A stretch of DNA of 64,000 nucleotides, taken from an uncultured virus (IMG/VR IMGVR_UViG_3300035675_000006) (lineage: Duplodnaviria; Heunggongvirae; Uroviricota; Caudoviricetes). Both the position numbers and the translations under genes were made by a program. This document shows, one piece after another, positions 19,738-27,724 of this stretch. The stretch is from IMG/VR virus record IMGVR_UViG_3300035675_000006; one strand, 5' to 3'. How positions within the stretch are numbered: position 1 is the stretch's first letter; each line of letters opens with the position of its first letter. The notes under the pieces were generated by a model. That model ran no database searches and was not told the DNA's origin. It saw only the letters and a list, made by a program, of their open reading frames with translations.

Positions 19738-20120
19738 TTTTCGCATTGATCACCTGGGGAATCACCAGCATCGTGACATTCGGTGCCATATTCAGGCCAA
19801 TCAGACATTTGTTCGCCAAGTGCAAGTACACTCGGAAAAATCTCGGATACCTGCTGCACTGCCCCATGTGTACTGGCTTCTGGGCAGGTCTGGGCGTGCA
19901 CTTTCTGGAGCCTGTCTCTGGACCAGTGCAAGATGCATTCATAGGTGCAGGGATTTGTTACTTGCTTCGGGCAGTCTTTGTATATGCTTGCGAAGACTGT
20001 GCCATGAATCTTCCGGAGTTCAACGAAACGATGCCTGTGGAAAAGGAGATGCAGAATGGGATTCAAAGTTCAGATAACCTTGGAGAAGGACGGCAAGAAG
20101 GCGACGTTGGCAACGGTTGA
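19716..20120 (+). CDS. Membrane protein (DUF1360-like)
   Basis: Hydrophobic segments and CPMCTGFW motif. Confidence 0.6.
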   Translation: MSTTQVLIFALITWGITSIVTFGAIFRPIRHLFAKCKYTRKNLGYLLHCPMCTGFWAGLGVHFLEPVSGPVQDAFIGAGICYLLRAVFVYACEDCAMNLPEFNETMPVEKEMQNGIQSSDNLGEGRQEGDVGNG

Positions 20121-20388
20121 GAACATTGACGTAGTCGAACAGGTGGCTGACGAACAAAAGGCCACATTCAGGTTCCATGTCGAAGGCGCGACCACACAGA
20201 CAATGGGTGGCGGCGCAGTTCTTATGGTCCTGGACAAAATTCCTGCCATTAAGAAAATCTTCGACACACCAGTTCCGCAGAAAGCTCCTGCAGCTCAGAT
20301 AGTGGCTGCACCTGTAGCTCTCCCTGAAACTCCCCGAGACATTCCGAATGCTTCCCCAGAAGCAGCCCCGAATACTGAAACTAAGTGA
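20056..20388 (+). CDS. Hypothetical protein
   Basis: AAGGAG RBS. Confidence 0.55.
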   Translation: MGFKVQITLEKDGKKATLATVENIDVVEQVADEQKATFRFHVEGATTQTMGGGAVLMVLDKIPAIKKIFDTPVPQKAPAAQIVAAPVALPETPRDIPNASPEAAPNTETK

Positions 20389-21181
20389 CGGACGTAGCGT
20401 AATCCTGGATTACGACACGGACGCCAGTACTCTGCAATGGATACTAAAGAACGAGATAATTCCACATGAAGGTCCTGATTACGAATACTTACGAAGGATA
20501 GTCCGTTACCGGTTTCAACTGACCCTTGAAGAATTCGTGGAGAAGCAGTCATTTCCTCCAGTAACAGACTATCCGTTATTCAGTGCCGAAGAATTCCTGA
20601 AATCATTGCCACCCGAAGCTTTTGACCGGCAGCTTTGGGTGCATCCTGTGATCTACGTGATACACCAGTGGGTAGACTCAGGGCGCGTACTTAAGCACTT
20701 AGTACCTGATATCCAGTGTCACAGTGACTTCGACGCAGCCATACAAATCATTCGCCGGGAACGCGAAAAGCACTACGATGCTGCTGATGCGTGGATCGCT
20801 ACCAATTTCAATATCACCCGTGAAGCGTTCATTGAGCTATTCATAAAAAGCCGGGTGCTTCACGGAGATAACGTCTATTCCCACATAGGCAGCAATCCCG
20901 GGATCATTCGACGCTACAGACGTGACATTGTCTCCCTGGTCGATCGAGGTAACAGCTGGGCTCACAAGGCTAAAGCCAATCTGCTAAACATAACTCGTCA
21001 ATCAAAAAGATCACTGAGCGAGATCAATAGGGCTAACAAAGCCATAGATGCGATCGCCGAGGCTGTGAACAGTCTCGAGCTTGAGAAGCTGATTGAAGAG
21101 AGTGAAAGGATCATAGAAGAATGGCAAAGGCTGAGAACAACTCAAGCGCTCCGGGAAGCGCAGAAGACAAAGAAAAAGTAG
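20348..21181 (+). CDS. Hypothetical protein
   Basis: 277-aa ORF. Confidence 0.6.
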   Translation: MLPQKQPRILKLSDGRSVILDYDTDASTLQWILKNEIIPHEGPDYEYLRRIVRYRFQLTLEEFVEKQSFPPVTDYPLFSAEEFLKSLPPEAFDRQLWVHPVIYVIHQWVDSGRVLKHLVPDIQCHSDFDAAIQIIRREREKHYDAADAWIATNFNITREAFIELFIKSRVLHGDNVYSHIGSNPGIIRRYRRDIVSLVDRGNSWAHKAKANLLNITRQSKRSLSEINRANKAIDAIAEAVNSLELEKLIEESERIIEEWQRLRTTQALREAQKTKKK

Positions 21182-21438
21182 GCTGCCACCACGAGATGAT
21201 CTGGATCGAAGAAGAGAAGTATTACCGGTTACACTGCGTCTATCCCAAAGGTAATCCTGACGGGACGGACCGCAAGATGCGCACTTGCAAGTTACTGTTC
21301 ATGGGCAAAGTCTGTGTACAGTGTCTCCTGAACACAGTCCAAAATATGTTCAAATTGGCCGACAAGCAGTTCCGTGAAGAAAAAGAGCAGGAAGCCAAAC
21401 TGAAGGCTGAACGCGAATCGCAGAAGAAGGAGGCTTGA
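21121..21438 (+). CDS. Cys-motif protein (family 1)
   Basis: CVQCLLNTVQ. Confidence 0.5.
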   Translation: MAKAENNSSAPGSAEDKEKVGCHHEMIWIEEEKYYRLHCVYPKGNPDGTDRKMRTCKLLFMGKVCVQCLLNTVQNMFKLADKQFREEKEQEAKLKAERESQKKEA

Positions 21439-21439
21439 G

Positions 21440-22216
21440 GTGGCAGACGAACAAACTCCTGCATTACCTGCACCTGCACCGGCACCGGCGCCTGATCCGA
21501 CAAACTTACCTACAGCTCCTGAAGTAAAAGTAAACCATCAGGAGAATTTCTGGATGCGCAGGCAAGATGCGCTTCTTAAGAAGATGCTCCTGTCTGATCC
21601 TCAGCCTATCGGCGATATTGTTGAGTTACGCGCAGTAGAACGTCGATATCCTGAAGATCGCAAGCCGGGATTGATTTCACCCGGTGCGGTATCTGCAGTA
21701 CGTCTCACGAACTGGGAGAAACCTGTCATGTTCGATGTCGTGGCTTATGACGAATCGAGCATGCTTCAGGTGGAAATCATATTCGGCAAGTTTTACCTGA
21801 CCGCGGCAACCTGGGTGGACACAGACAAAGTAATAGAGCACTACGTCTCGAACTCTAACTTTGTCTGGCCTATCAGGGCTGTTGAAGTATTCGGCGGATT
21901 CACTTCCGACGAATACGAACAGAATATACTGATGGATGCCAAGAACGTAACTAGTCCGCTGGCCTGGGAATTCTTCGAAGACGCCTGCAATAATCATACG
22001 ACACCCCCGCCATTCTGGAGCAGGCCTCCAGCAATATGGGAAGAACAGTTAAGACAGGATACTGAATGGCTCGGTGAATGGGTTCATAACAGAGTCTGGG
22101 ATAAAGTCTACAAACTCAACCAGTTCCTGGAAGAACTGTTCCTGGTGCCGCGGGACCCTATTTTCATGGGAGCTCAACGTGCGTCACATGATCCTTTCGA
22201 GCGTTTGGGCATGTGA
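21440..22216 (+). CDS. Hypothetical protein
   Basis: GGAGG RBS, 258-aa ORF. Confidence 0.6.
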   Translation: MADEQTPALPAPAPAPAPDPTNLPTAPEVKVNHQENFWMRRQDALLKKMLLSDPQPIGDIVELRAVERRYPEDRKPGLISPGAVSAVRLTNWEKPVMFDVVAYDESSMLQVEIIFGKFYLTAATWVDTDKVIEHYVSNSNFVWPIRAVEVFGGFTSDEYEQNILMDAKNVTSPLAWEFFEDACNNHTTPPPFWSRPPAIWEEQLRQDTEWLGEWVHNRVWDKVYKLNQFLEELFLVPRDPIFMGAQRASHDPFERLGM

Positions 22217-22287
22217 AAAAATACTGCCCAAACAGGCATAATATTATGCTGTATAAGGTTTTTAATTCTCTTGGAAAGGAGAAAGGC

Positions 22288-22596
22288 ATGAAGCATTTCT
22301 GGGTTGGAGTCGTGTTGTTTTTAGCTGGTTGCGGAAGTGGCAGTCAATCTGCGGTTCCGGCCTACACCGATGCAGATAGGGCCCGGGACATACAGACCAA
22401 CGGCATGGTTTGTGTGATTTTGGCGATATGTGCTGTCCTGTTGATCAAGGCAGCATTCGACCTGTTCAGCACCATGAAAAAGACCCCGGAAAAGATAGTC
22501 ATCAGGAAGAAAGAGGGACCTCCCGCGGGTCCAGCCAATCCTGTGACTCCTGAGGAACCCGGAACCGCTGAAGAAATCGAGGATGATCGCCCTTGA
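22288..22596 (+). CDS. Lipoprotein with TM helix
   Basis: AAGGAG RBS, lipobox LAGC. Confidence 0.65.
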   Translation: MKHFWVGVVLFLAGCGSGSQSAVPAYTDADRARDIQTNGMVCVILAICAVLLIKAAFDLFSTMKKTPEKIVIRKKEGPPAGPANPVTPEEPGTAEEIEDDRP

Positions 22597-23273
22597 TCAG
22601 CATACTGTTGACAAGTAGTGGTTGTTTCGACAGCCACTATGACACTATGCGTGCTCGTGCACAGGCAACTGTGCACGAGACATGCATGAACGAAGGCATC
22701 GGCAAGGCTCTAGCTGGTATCAAGGATGTATACGATATCAAGTTTGGCATAGAGCCCATTACCAAGCAGGAGATAATCGAATGCATCAATTCGGGTCAGG
22801 AAATCAAACCTCGTATGCAAGTGATCGCGGAAACAGCTAACGGTAATGTTACCGCAGATGCAGATTACGAGGGCAAGATAAGCCTGCGTTCAATCCTACT
22901 CAGTGTCTGCGGTACTCCAAATGATATTCGTCTGCTGACACCTGCAGAAAGAGCATCCCATGCTATATCCAGTACCGAGCATTGGGGTGACCCGCAAAAA
23001 AGCCTGTCCCTTACGAAACAGTTTGCGACAGTCCTTTGTTTTACCCGTTCTCCCACACAAATGCTTCGCGAAGGAGCATTTCTCCGGGGAGACGGCACAG
23101 ATGAAGGGACTCTGTGCTTCTGTAAACACAGGGCTCTTAATCAACAATATCCTCCCGTGAATCAAGTTCTGATGACCCAGCAGGGATGTCAGGAATGCAT
23201 GATCAATAGCATTGAAGACATATACAACAAAACCTACTTCTCAGAGCTGCTCAAATGCGTACGCGAAACTTGA
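22593..23273 (+). CDS. Cys-motif protein (family 1)
   Basis: CQECMINSIE. Confidence 0.55.
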   Translation: MISILLTSSGCFDSHYDTMRARAQATVHETCMNEGIGKALAGIKDVYDIKFGIEPITKQEIIECINSGQEIKPRMQVIAETANGNVTADADYEGKISLRSILLSVCGTPNDIRLLTPAERASHAISSTEHWGDPQKSLSLTKQFATVLCFTRSPTQMLREGAFLRGDGTDEGTLCFCKHRALNQQYPPVNQVLMTQQGCQECMINSIEDIYNKTYFSELLKCVRET

Positions 23274-24046
23274 GCTATCCTGCAGTAGCCGACAGATTCG
23301 TTGCGGGCCTTGAGGGTTATTCACATTGTCCTCGGCATCGCAACCCACGCATGTACACGGATGGTAAGACCATCTGGTCATACGGAGAACATTTTCCGAT
23401 CGCGCGACATGAGGGCATTTGGTACATGCCCAGCGGTCCTGTGAAGATCATCAGCCGAACTAGCTGTAGTTACAGTTCGACGACGAATCGGCAGATATCG
23501 ATAGTGCACCGCAAGATCATACAAAGCGCAACACCTGAGCTGCGTGTTCTGGAGATGCGCTACGAAATCAAGCACTACGATTTGAAAGAAGGCTGTGAGT
23601 ATATTTGTCAAAATGCTGTATCGAAAATAACCAGACTGATGCTAAGCTATTCCCGGTGCTCAAGGGATTGGTCGAAGCGTAGCACTTTGTACTGGGTGCA
23701 ATGCGCTTTGCATCAGTTGGAGGCCGCACAATGGATACTGGGGAAACGAACGGAGGTAAACCGGATCAGCATGCCGGAGTACCTGGAGAGCAGCCTCCCC
23801 CCGTGGGATCTGTTAATGTCCCTCGCCGACTTTATTTCCCCCCACTTAAATCTATACCTAAACCTAAGCCTAAAACTCCCAAGCCTCTACAAGAGAGTGA
23901 AATTAAACTGCCGACAGAAGGTGTGGGGAACTACTGGATCGTCGCCAAAAAAGGGTTCCTCGAAAAATGTCGGTACACCGCAGACAAATACTATTGCCCC
24001 GTCTGCGGGGACTGGCAAATCGGACAACCCGCCCAGCATTTCCTAG
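23255..24046 (+). CDS. Hypothetical protein
   Basis: 263-aa ORF. Confidence 0.55.
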   Translation: MRTRNLSYPAVADRFVAGLEGYSHCPRHRNPRMYTDGKTIWSYGEHFPIARHEGIWYMPSGPVKIISRTSCSYSSTTNRQISIVHRKIIQSATPELRVLEMRYEIKHYDLKEGCEYICQNAVSKITRLMLSYSRCSRDWSKRSTLYWVQCALHQLEAAQWILGKRTEVNRISMPEYLESSLPPWDLLMSLADFISPHLNLYLNLSLKLPSLYKRVKLNCRQKVWGTTGSSPKKGSSKNVGTPQTNTIAPSAGTGKSDNPPSIS

Positions 24047-24141
24047 GAATGCGGATTCAAGTGACGTGCTGTAACTGTAAGCACGTTATTGACTACAGGA
24101 AGAAAAGAGATAAATAATTCCTGTAGGAAGAGGGTTCAATC

Positions 24142-24363
24142 ATGGGAAGACGACCAAGGCCGTTGCCTATAAGGCCAGAAATCCAAGACAAAGTAGTACC
24201 TGACCAGTTGTACTTGGTCTTATTTAAACCACCTGGTGAAAAAGAAAACTATCCACCCCACGCATTTGCATATGTGAGAGAAGAGGAACGCGAGCTAAAA
24301 CTCGCGTTTTTGCTTTCACATGGATTCAAATGTGTGAAGCGTGAGTACAGATTAGCCAGATAA
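24142..24363 (+). CDS. Hypothetical protein
   Basis: GAGG RBS; its stop codon abuts the first array unit. Confidence 0.55.
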   Translation: MGRRPRPLPIRPEIQDKVVPDQLYLVLFKPPGEKENYPPHAFAYVREEERELKLAFLLSHGFKCVKREYRLAR

Positions 24364-26578
24364 CAGTTTTTCTCCTGTCACGGGAGAATGAACAGTGTGT
24401 GCTGCGCCACGTTTACCACCCACGTGGCCAGTCGCGATCGAGAAGTCAGAAAGAGAGTGTTACAAAGTTTTCGGTTACCTGCCTGTCACGGGCAGACGAG
24501 AAGTTGCGCAGTTGTCATGCGCAGTAGAACTGCAGAGCGAATAAACATGGTCTAATTCCCGTCACGGGAATTTGCTAGTTGTGTGCTCCGCCACGTCCCG
24601 ACGGCGATGATCATGAAGATCTCGCGAGACGCGGCAATAAAGCATGACACGATCAGCCCACCTGCTGGAGGTGAGCTCATCACAATAAACAAATTGGTTT
24701 TAGCTGTCTGCCACAGGCAGCTGATAGTTGTGTGCTCCGCCACGCACGCACGGTACCTCGTGCACGTACGCGGGCGGACGGAGTCAGAGCAATATTCAGC
24801 TCGATGATCCGGATGGCCATCAGCGCTGAAGAATTACAGAGCAATTCAGATCGGTTTAAGCTGCTTGTTACGGGCAGCTGAAAGGTGTGTGCTTCGCCAC
24901 GATTGCCCGCAGGCGCAATCCGATTGCGTCGCCGAGCAATGCATCCAGGGCCTGGCGAAACATCAGAGCGATAAAGATTGGTCCTACTCTCGGTACGAGA
25001 GCATGGGATGTGTGTGCTGCGCCACGGTCAAGACACGAACCCGAGGTCCTGAGCCGGCCGGGCAGCCATACTTAAAGCAAAGCAATTTACTGGTCTTTAC
25101 CCGCTACGGGTAAATGTTGGTTGTGTGCTTCGCCACAGCCGGACACAGGCGGACGTCGACCTGGTCCAGGTTATGAGATCAGAGCAGTTTCTCCTGGCTA
25201 GTTTTTAGTCTCTGTCACGGAGACAAGCCACATGCCTGCGGCCCGGGATCCAGGTCCTGGCGCCCTGAGGCCTCGCGACCGATCGATATCACTCGACGAC
25301 GTCTCGAGCTCAGCTGGAGTACTTTTAGATAATAAAGTAGCTTAACGATTTTGGTTTTACTCTCGACACGAGAGTGTGAGATGCGTGTGCTGCGCCACAG
25401 TGCGGGCGACGCTGCAGGGCCCGGGAGGCCTTATCGATAACTCAAAGCAAAAACAGATCGGTTTTCTGTCTGTCACGGACAGACGCTTTTCGTGTGCTTC
25501 GCCACGAATTGATGGAGCGTCTCCAGGATCCTGGGGACCCAGTCAAGAATACAGAGCGATTCAATTCAGTTTAACTCTTGTTACGAGAGCTTGCTTATCG
25601 TGTGCTTCGCCACGAATCTGACGGATAGTTTGTCAGACCACACCCAGCTGATGTCTGGGCGGAGTGGAATGCAAAGTGAAACAGATTGGTTTTAGCTTCT
25701 GATACGGAAGCTTGTTTGCTGTGTGCTGCGCCACGTTGTCAATTCTGCGAAGTTCCTATTTTGTTCCTGCAGAATTCCTGCGCCGCGGCGCCGGCGGATA
25801 ATACAGACACAGAGCAATTCAAATGCGCAGAGTGTAGCCATCCCGGTTGGCCCAGAGACGTACGGCTCTGGTGATATCGAGAATGGTTACTCTCACATGT
25901 TGGTTCTTTCTTCCCGTCACGGGAAGACGAAGCCGTTGGCCCCACCCCAACTTGGGACCACGTTTCTCCTATGAAAAGAAGGTCGTAAGTTTCATCGATC
26001 GGAGTACCTAGTCTCGAGGGGTCGTTCGGGAGTGATTCAGTTAAGCTTCAGTTCAACACCCCGGGACGTGATATTGCCTCGTGCCGCGGCAGGTCGGTTC
26101 GAGAGTCTGTCTGGTGGCTTACGATTTTCATAACCTGGTGGTCGATCGCCGAGTTATGGATTTCGGGCGCCAATAAGACAGCATGTTTTTGCCTCGAGGG
26201 AAAAGTGTCTCCTCAAGGAGACAGAGATGTGTCTTCGAGGAGATCTGCTCTCTCAATAGGAATGCTAATATGGATCTCGAGAGAAGTCCACTTTTCCGTG
26301 AAAGTTCCTGGAGACCAGGTTCTGTAAGTCCTTAATGGGACTGGACTTAGTTTTTGAGGTGTTCGAGGGAAAGTACGTATTGGTCGCCGGAGCTAGAAAA
26401 ATAGGTTCGAAGATTAAGCTTCGGATGTATACACAGAGCAACTTAAAGATTGGTCTTTCTGTTCGTCACGAGCAGAAGAAGTTCGCGTGCTTCGCCGCCC
26501 GGATAATTTACCGGGTAGCCCGGACCCACATACGTCCGAGCCTCAGGCGCCATGGCATGCAAAATGCACAAAGCAATT
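24361..26578 (+). ncRNA. Array of 14 retron-like msr-msd units, cluster D
   Basis: Units start at 24361, 24470, 24546, 24692, 24850, 24976, 25089, 25196, 25349, 25456, 25565, 25684, 25899, 26448. Each has a 5' arm plus G, a G-NNA-C hairpin, usually GTGTGCT(C/T/G)CGCCAC, a unique payload and a complementary 3' arm. Confidence 0.85.
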
Positions 26579-26660
26579 CAAGCTTGACCGTTATGATATT
26601 CTCCTGTCTAATGTGGCTCAATCTATGCCTCGGGAGGAGGCTAGTTGAAAGGAGATTTTC

Positions 26661-27056
26661 ATGGCGGCTCATCAAATTGTCCGTGAGGTTAGAAATCTCA
26701 ACGGATACAAACAAGTTCGGGAAAAGGTCGTTTCACTTTTCGCTCCAGGGGTTGACGATGATAGTTCAAAATACTACATCGTCGGATCTACCTGGCTGCG
26801 CATAACCGGAACGATCAGCGAGATGTACGTTTGTAAAACGTCTACCCGCGGTGCTGCGTCCTGGACAATGGTATCCCCGTCCAGCATAACAGGTCCTGCT
26901 GGTGCTCCGGGAGGCGCTGTTGGGCCTACAGGTCCTGCATTAACAGGACCGACAGGACCGACCAGCTTGATTACAGGTCCGGAAGGCGAACAAGGTCCGA
27001 CAGGCGTAACAGGTCCGACAGGCGTTCAAGGCGAAATAGGCCCGACAGGTGTTTAA
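26661..27056 (+). CDS. Collagen-like (Gly-Pro-Thr) repeat protein
   Basis: AAGGAG RBS; GPT repeats; paralog of next gene. Confidence 0.8.
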   Translation: MAAHQIVREVRNLNGYKQVREKVVSLFAPGVDDDSSKYYIVGSTWLRITGTISEMYVCKTSTRGAASWTMVSPSSITGPAGAPGGAVGPTGPALTGPTGPTSLITGPEGEQGPTGVTGPTGVQGEIGPTGV

Positions 27057-27097
27057 TCTCCGTTAACCACGGCTGATAATAAAAGGAGATTAAACTC

Positions 27098-27487
27098 ATG
27101 GCTGCCCACGCAATAGTTAGAGAGGTTCGCAACCTGAACGGGTACAAACAGGTTCGCGAATCCGTAGTCAGTATCTACGAGCCTGGTGTGGATGACGATG
27201 TCAAGTCATACTACACCCAGGGCTCTCTGTGGCACAGGATCACTGGGACAATCAATACGATCTATGTCTGCAAGTCGCCTACACTGGGAGCTGCAACATG
27301 GTCATTAATTTTCCCAACGTTAGTCGCTGGACCAACAGGGCCTATCACAGGTCCTACAGGTCCTAGCTACTATCTGGTGACAGGCCCTACAGGTGCCACA
27401 GGCCCTACGGGTGCCATAGGCTCGACAGGCCCGCAAGGCACGACAGGACCGCAAGGCGAGATAGGTCCTACAGGTCCTGGTCCGTAA
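27098..27487 (+). CDS. Collagen-like (Gly-Pro-Thr) repeat protein, tandem paralog
   Basis: Shared [21 protein letters not shown]-terminus. Confidence 0.8.
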   Translation: MAAHAIVREVRNLNGYKQVRESVVSIYEPGVDDDVKSYYTQGSLWHRITGTINTIYVCKSPTLGAATWSLIFPTLVAGPTGPITGPTGPSYYLVTGPTGATGPTGAIGSTGPQGTTGPQGEIGPTGPGP

Positions 27488-27496
27488 GTAACTGGT

Positions 27497-27573
27497 CGCG
27501 GCATGGCGCAGCACGGCAGCGCGCTGGGTTCATACCCCGGAGGTCACAGGTTCAAATCCTGTTGCCGCTACCA
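27497..27573 (+). tRNA. tRNA-fMet(CAT), initiator
   Basis: 1:72 mismatch, GGG/CCC anticodon stem, CAT anticodon, CCA end. Confidence 0.9.
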
Positions 27574-27648
27574 ACTAATGGGGTCCAAAAGCGAAATCCC
27601 CCGGACTAACCTCCGGAAGTAGCTGGCGGACTCCACCAATAGTAATCA

Positions 27649-27691
27649 ATAGAGCCGTCTCAGGTAACTGTCCCTGAGGCGGCTCTTTTTG
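27649..27691 (+). terminator. Rho-independent terminator
   Basis: AGAGCCGTCTCAGG/CCTGAGGCGGCTCT stem plus T-run. Confidence 0.8.
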
Positions 27692-27724
27692 TTTACAGAC
27701 AGTGCGAAAAGGAGGACGTTCAAG

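Noticed and set aside
25242..25323. Cloning-vector MCS contamination
   Set aside because: Site order does not match the pUC or pBluescript linkers I recall, the segment sits inside a unit with cognate co-varying arms, and similar site clusters occur in many other units; read mapping would settle it
24552..25974. Short ORFs over the array (24583, 24865, 25376, 25686, 25723 and others)
   Set aside because: No RBS, inconsistent frames across repeats; translations just reflect the repeat
24361..26578. CRISPR array
   Set aside because: Repeats are structure-conserved rather than sequence-identical, unit length varies from about 70 to 540 nt, and no cas genes are in the window
24361..26578. Integron attC cassettes or REP elements
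   Set aside because: No intervening cassette ORFs and no integrase or RAYT in the window; G-U pairing points to RNA structure
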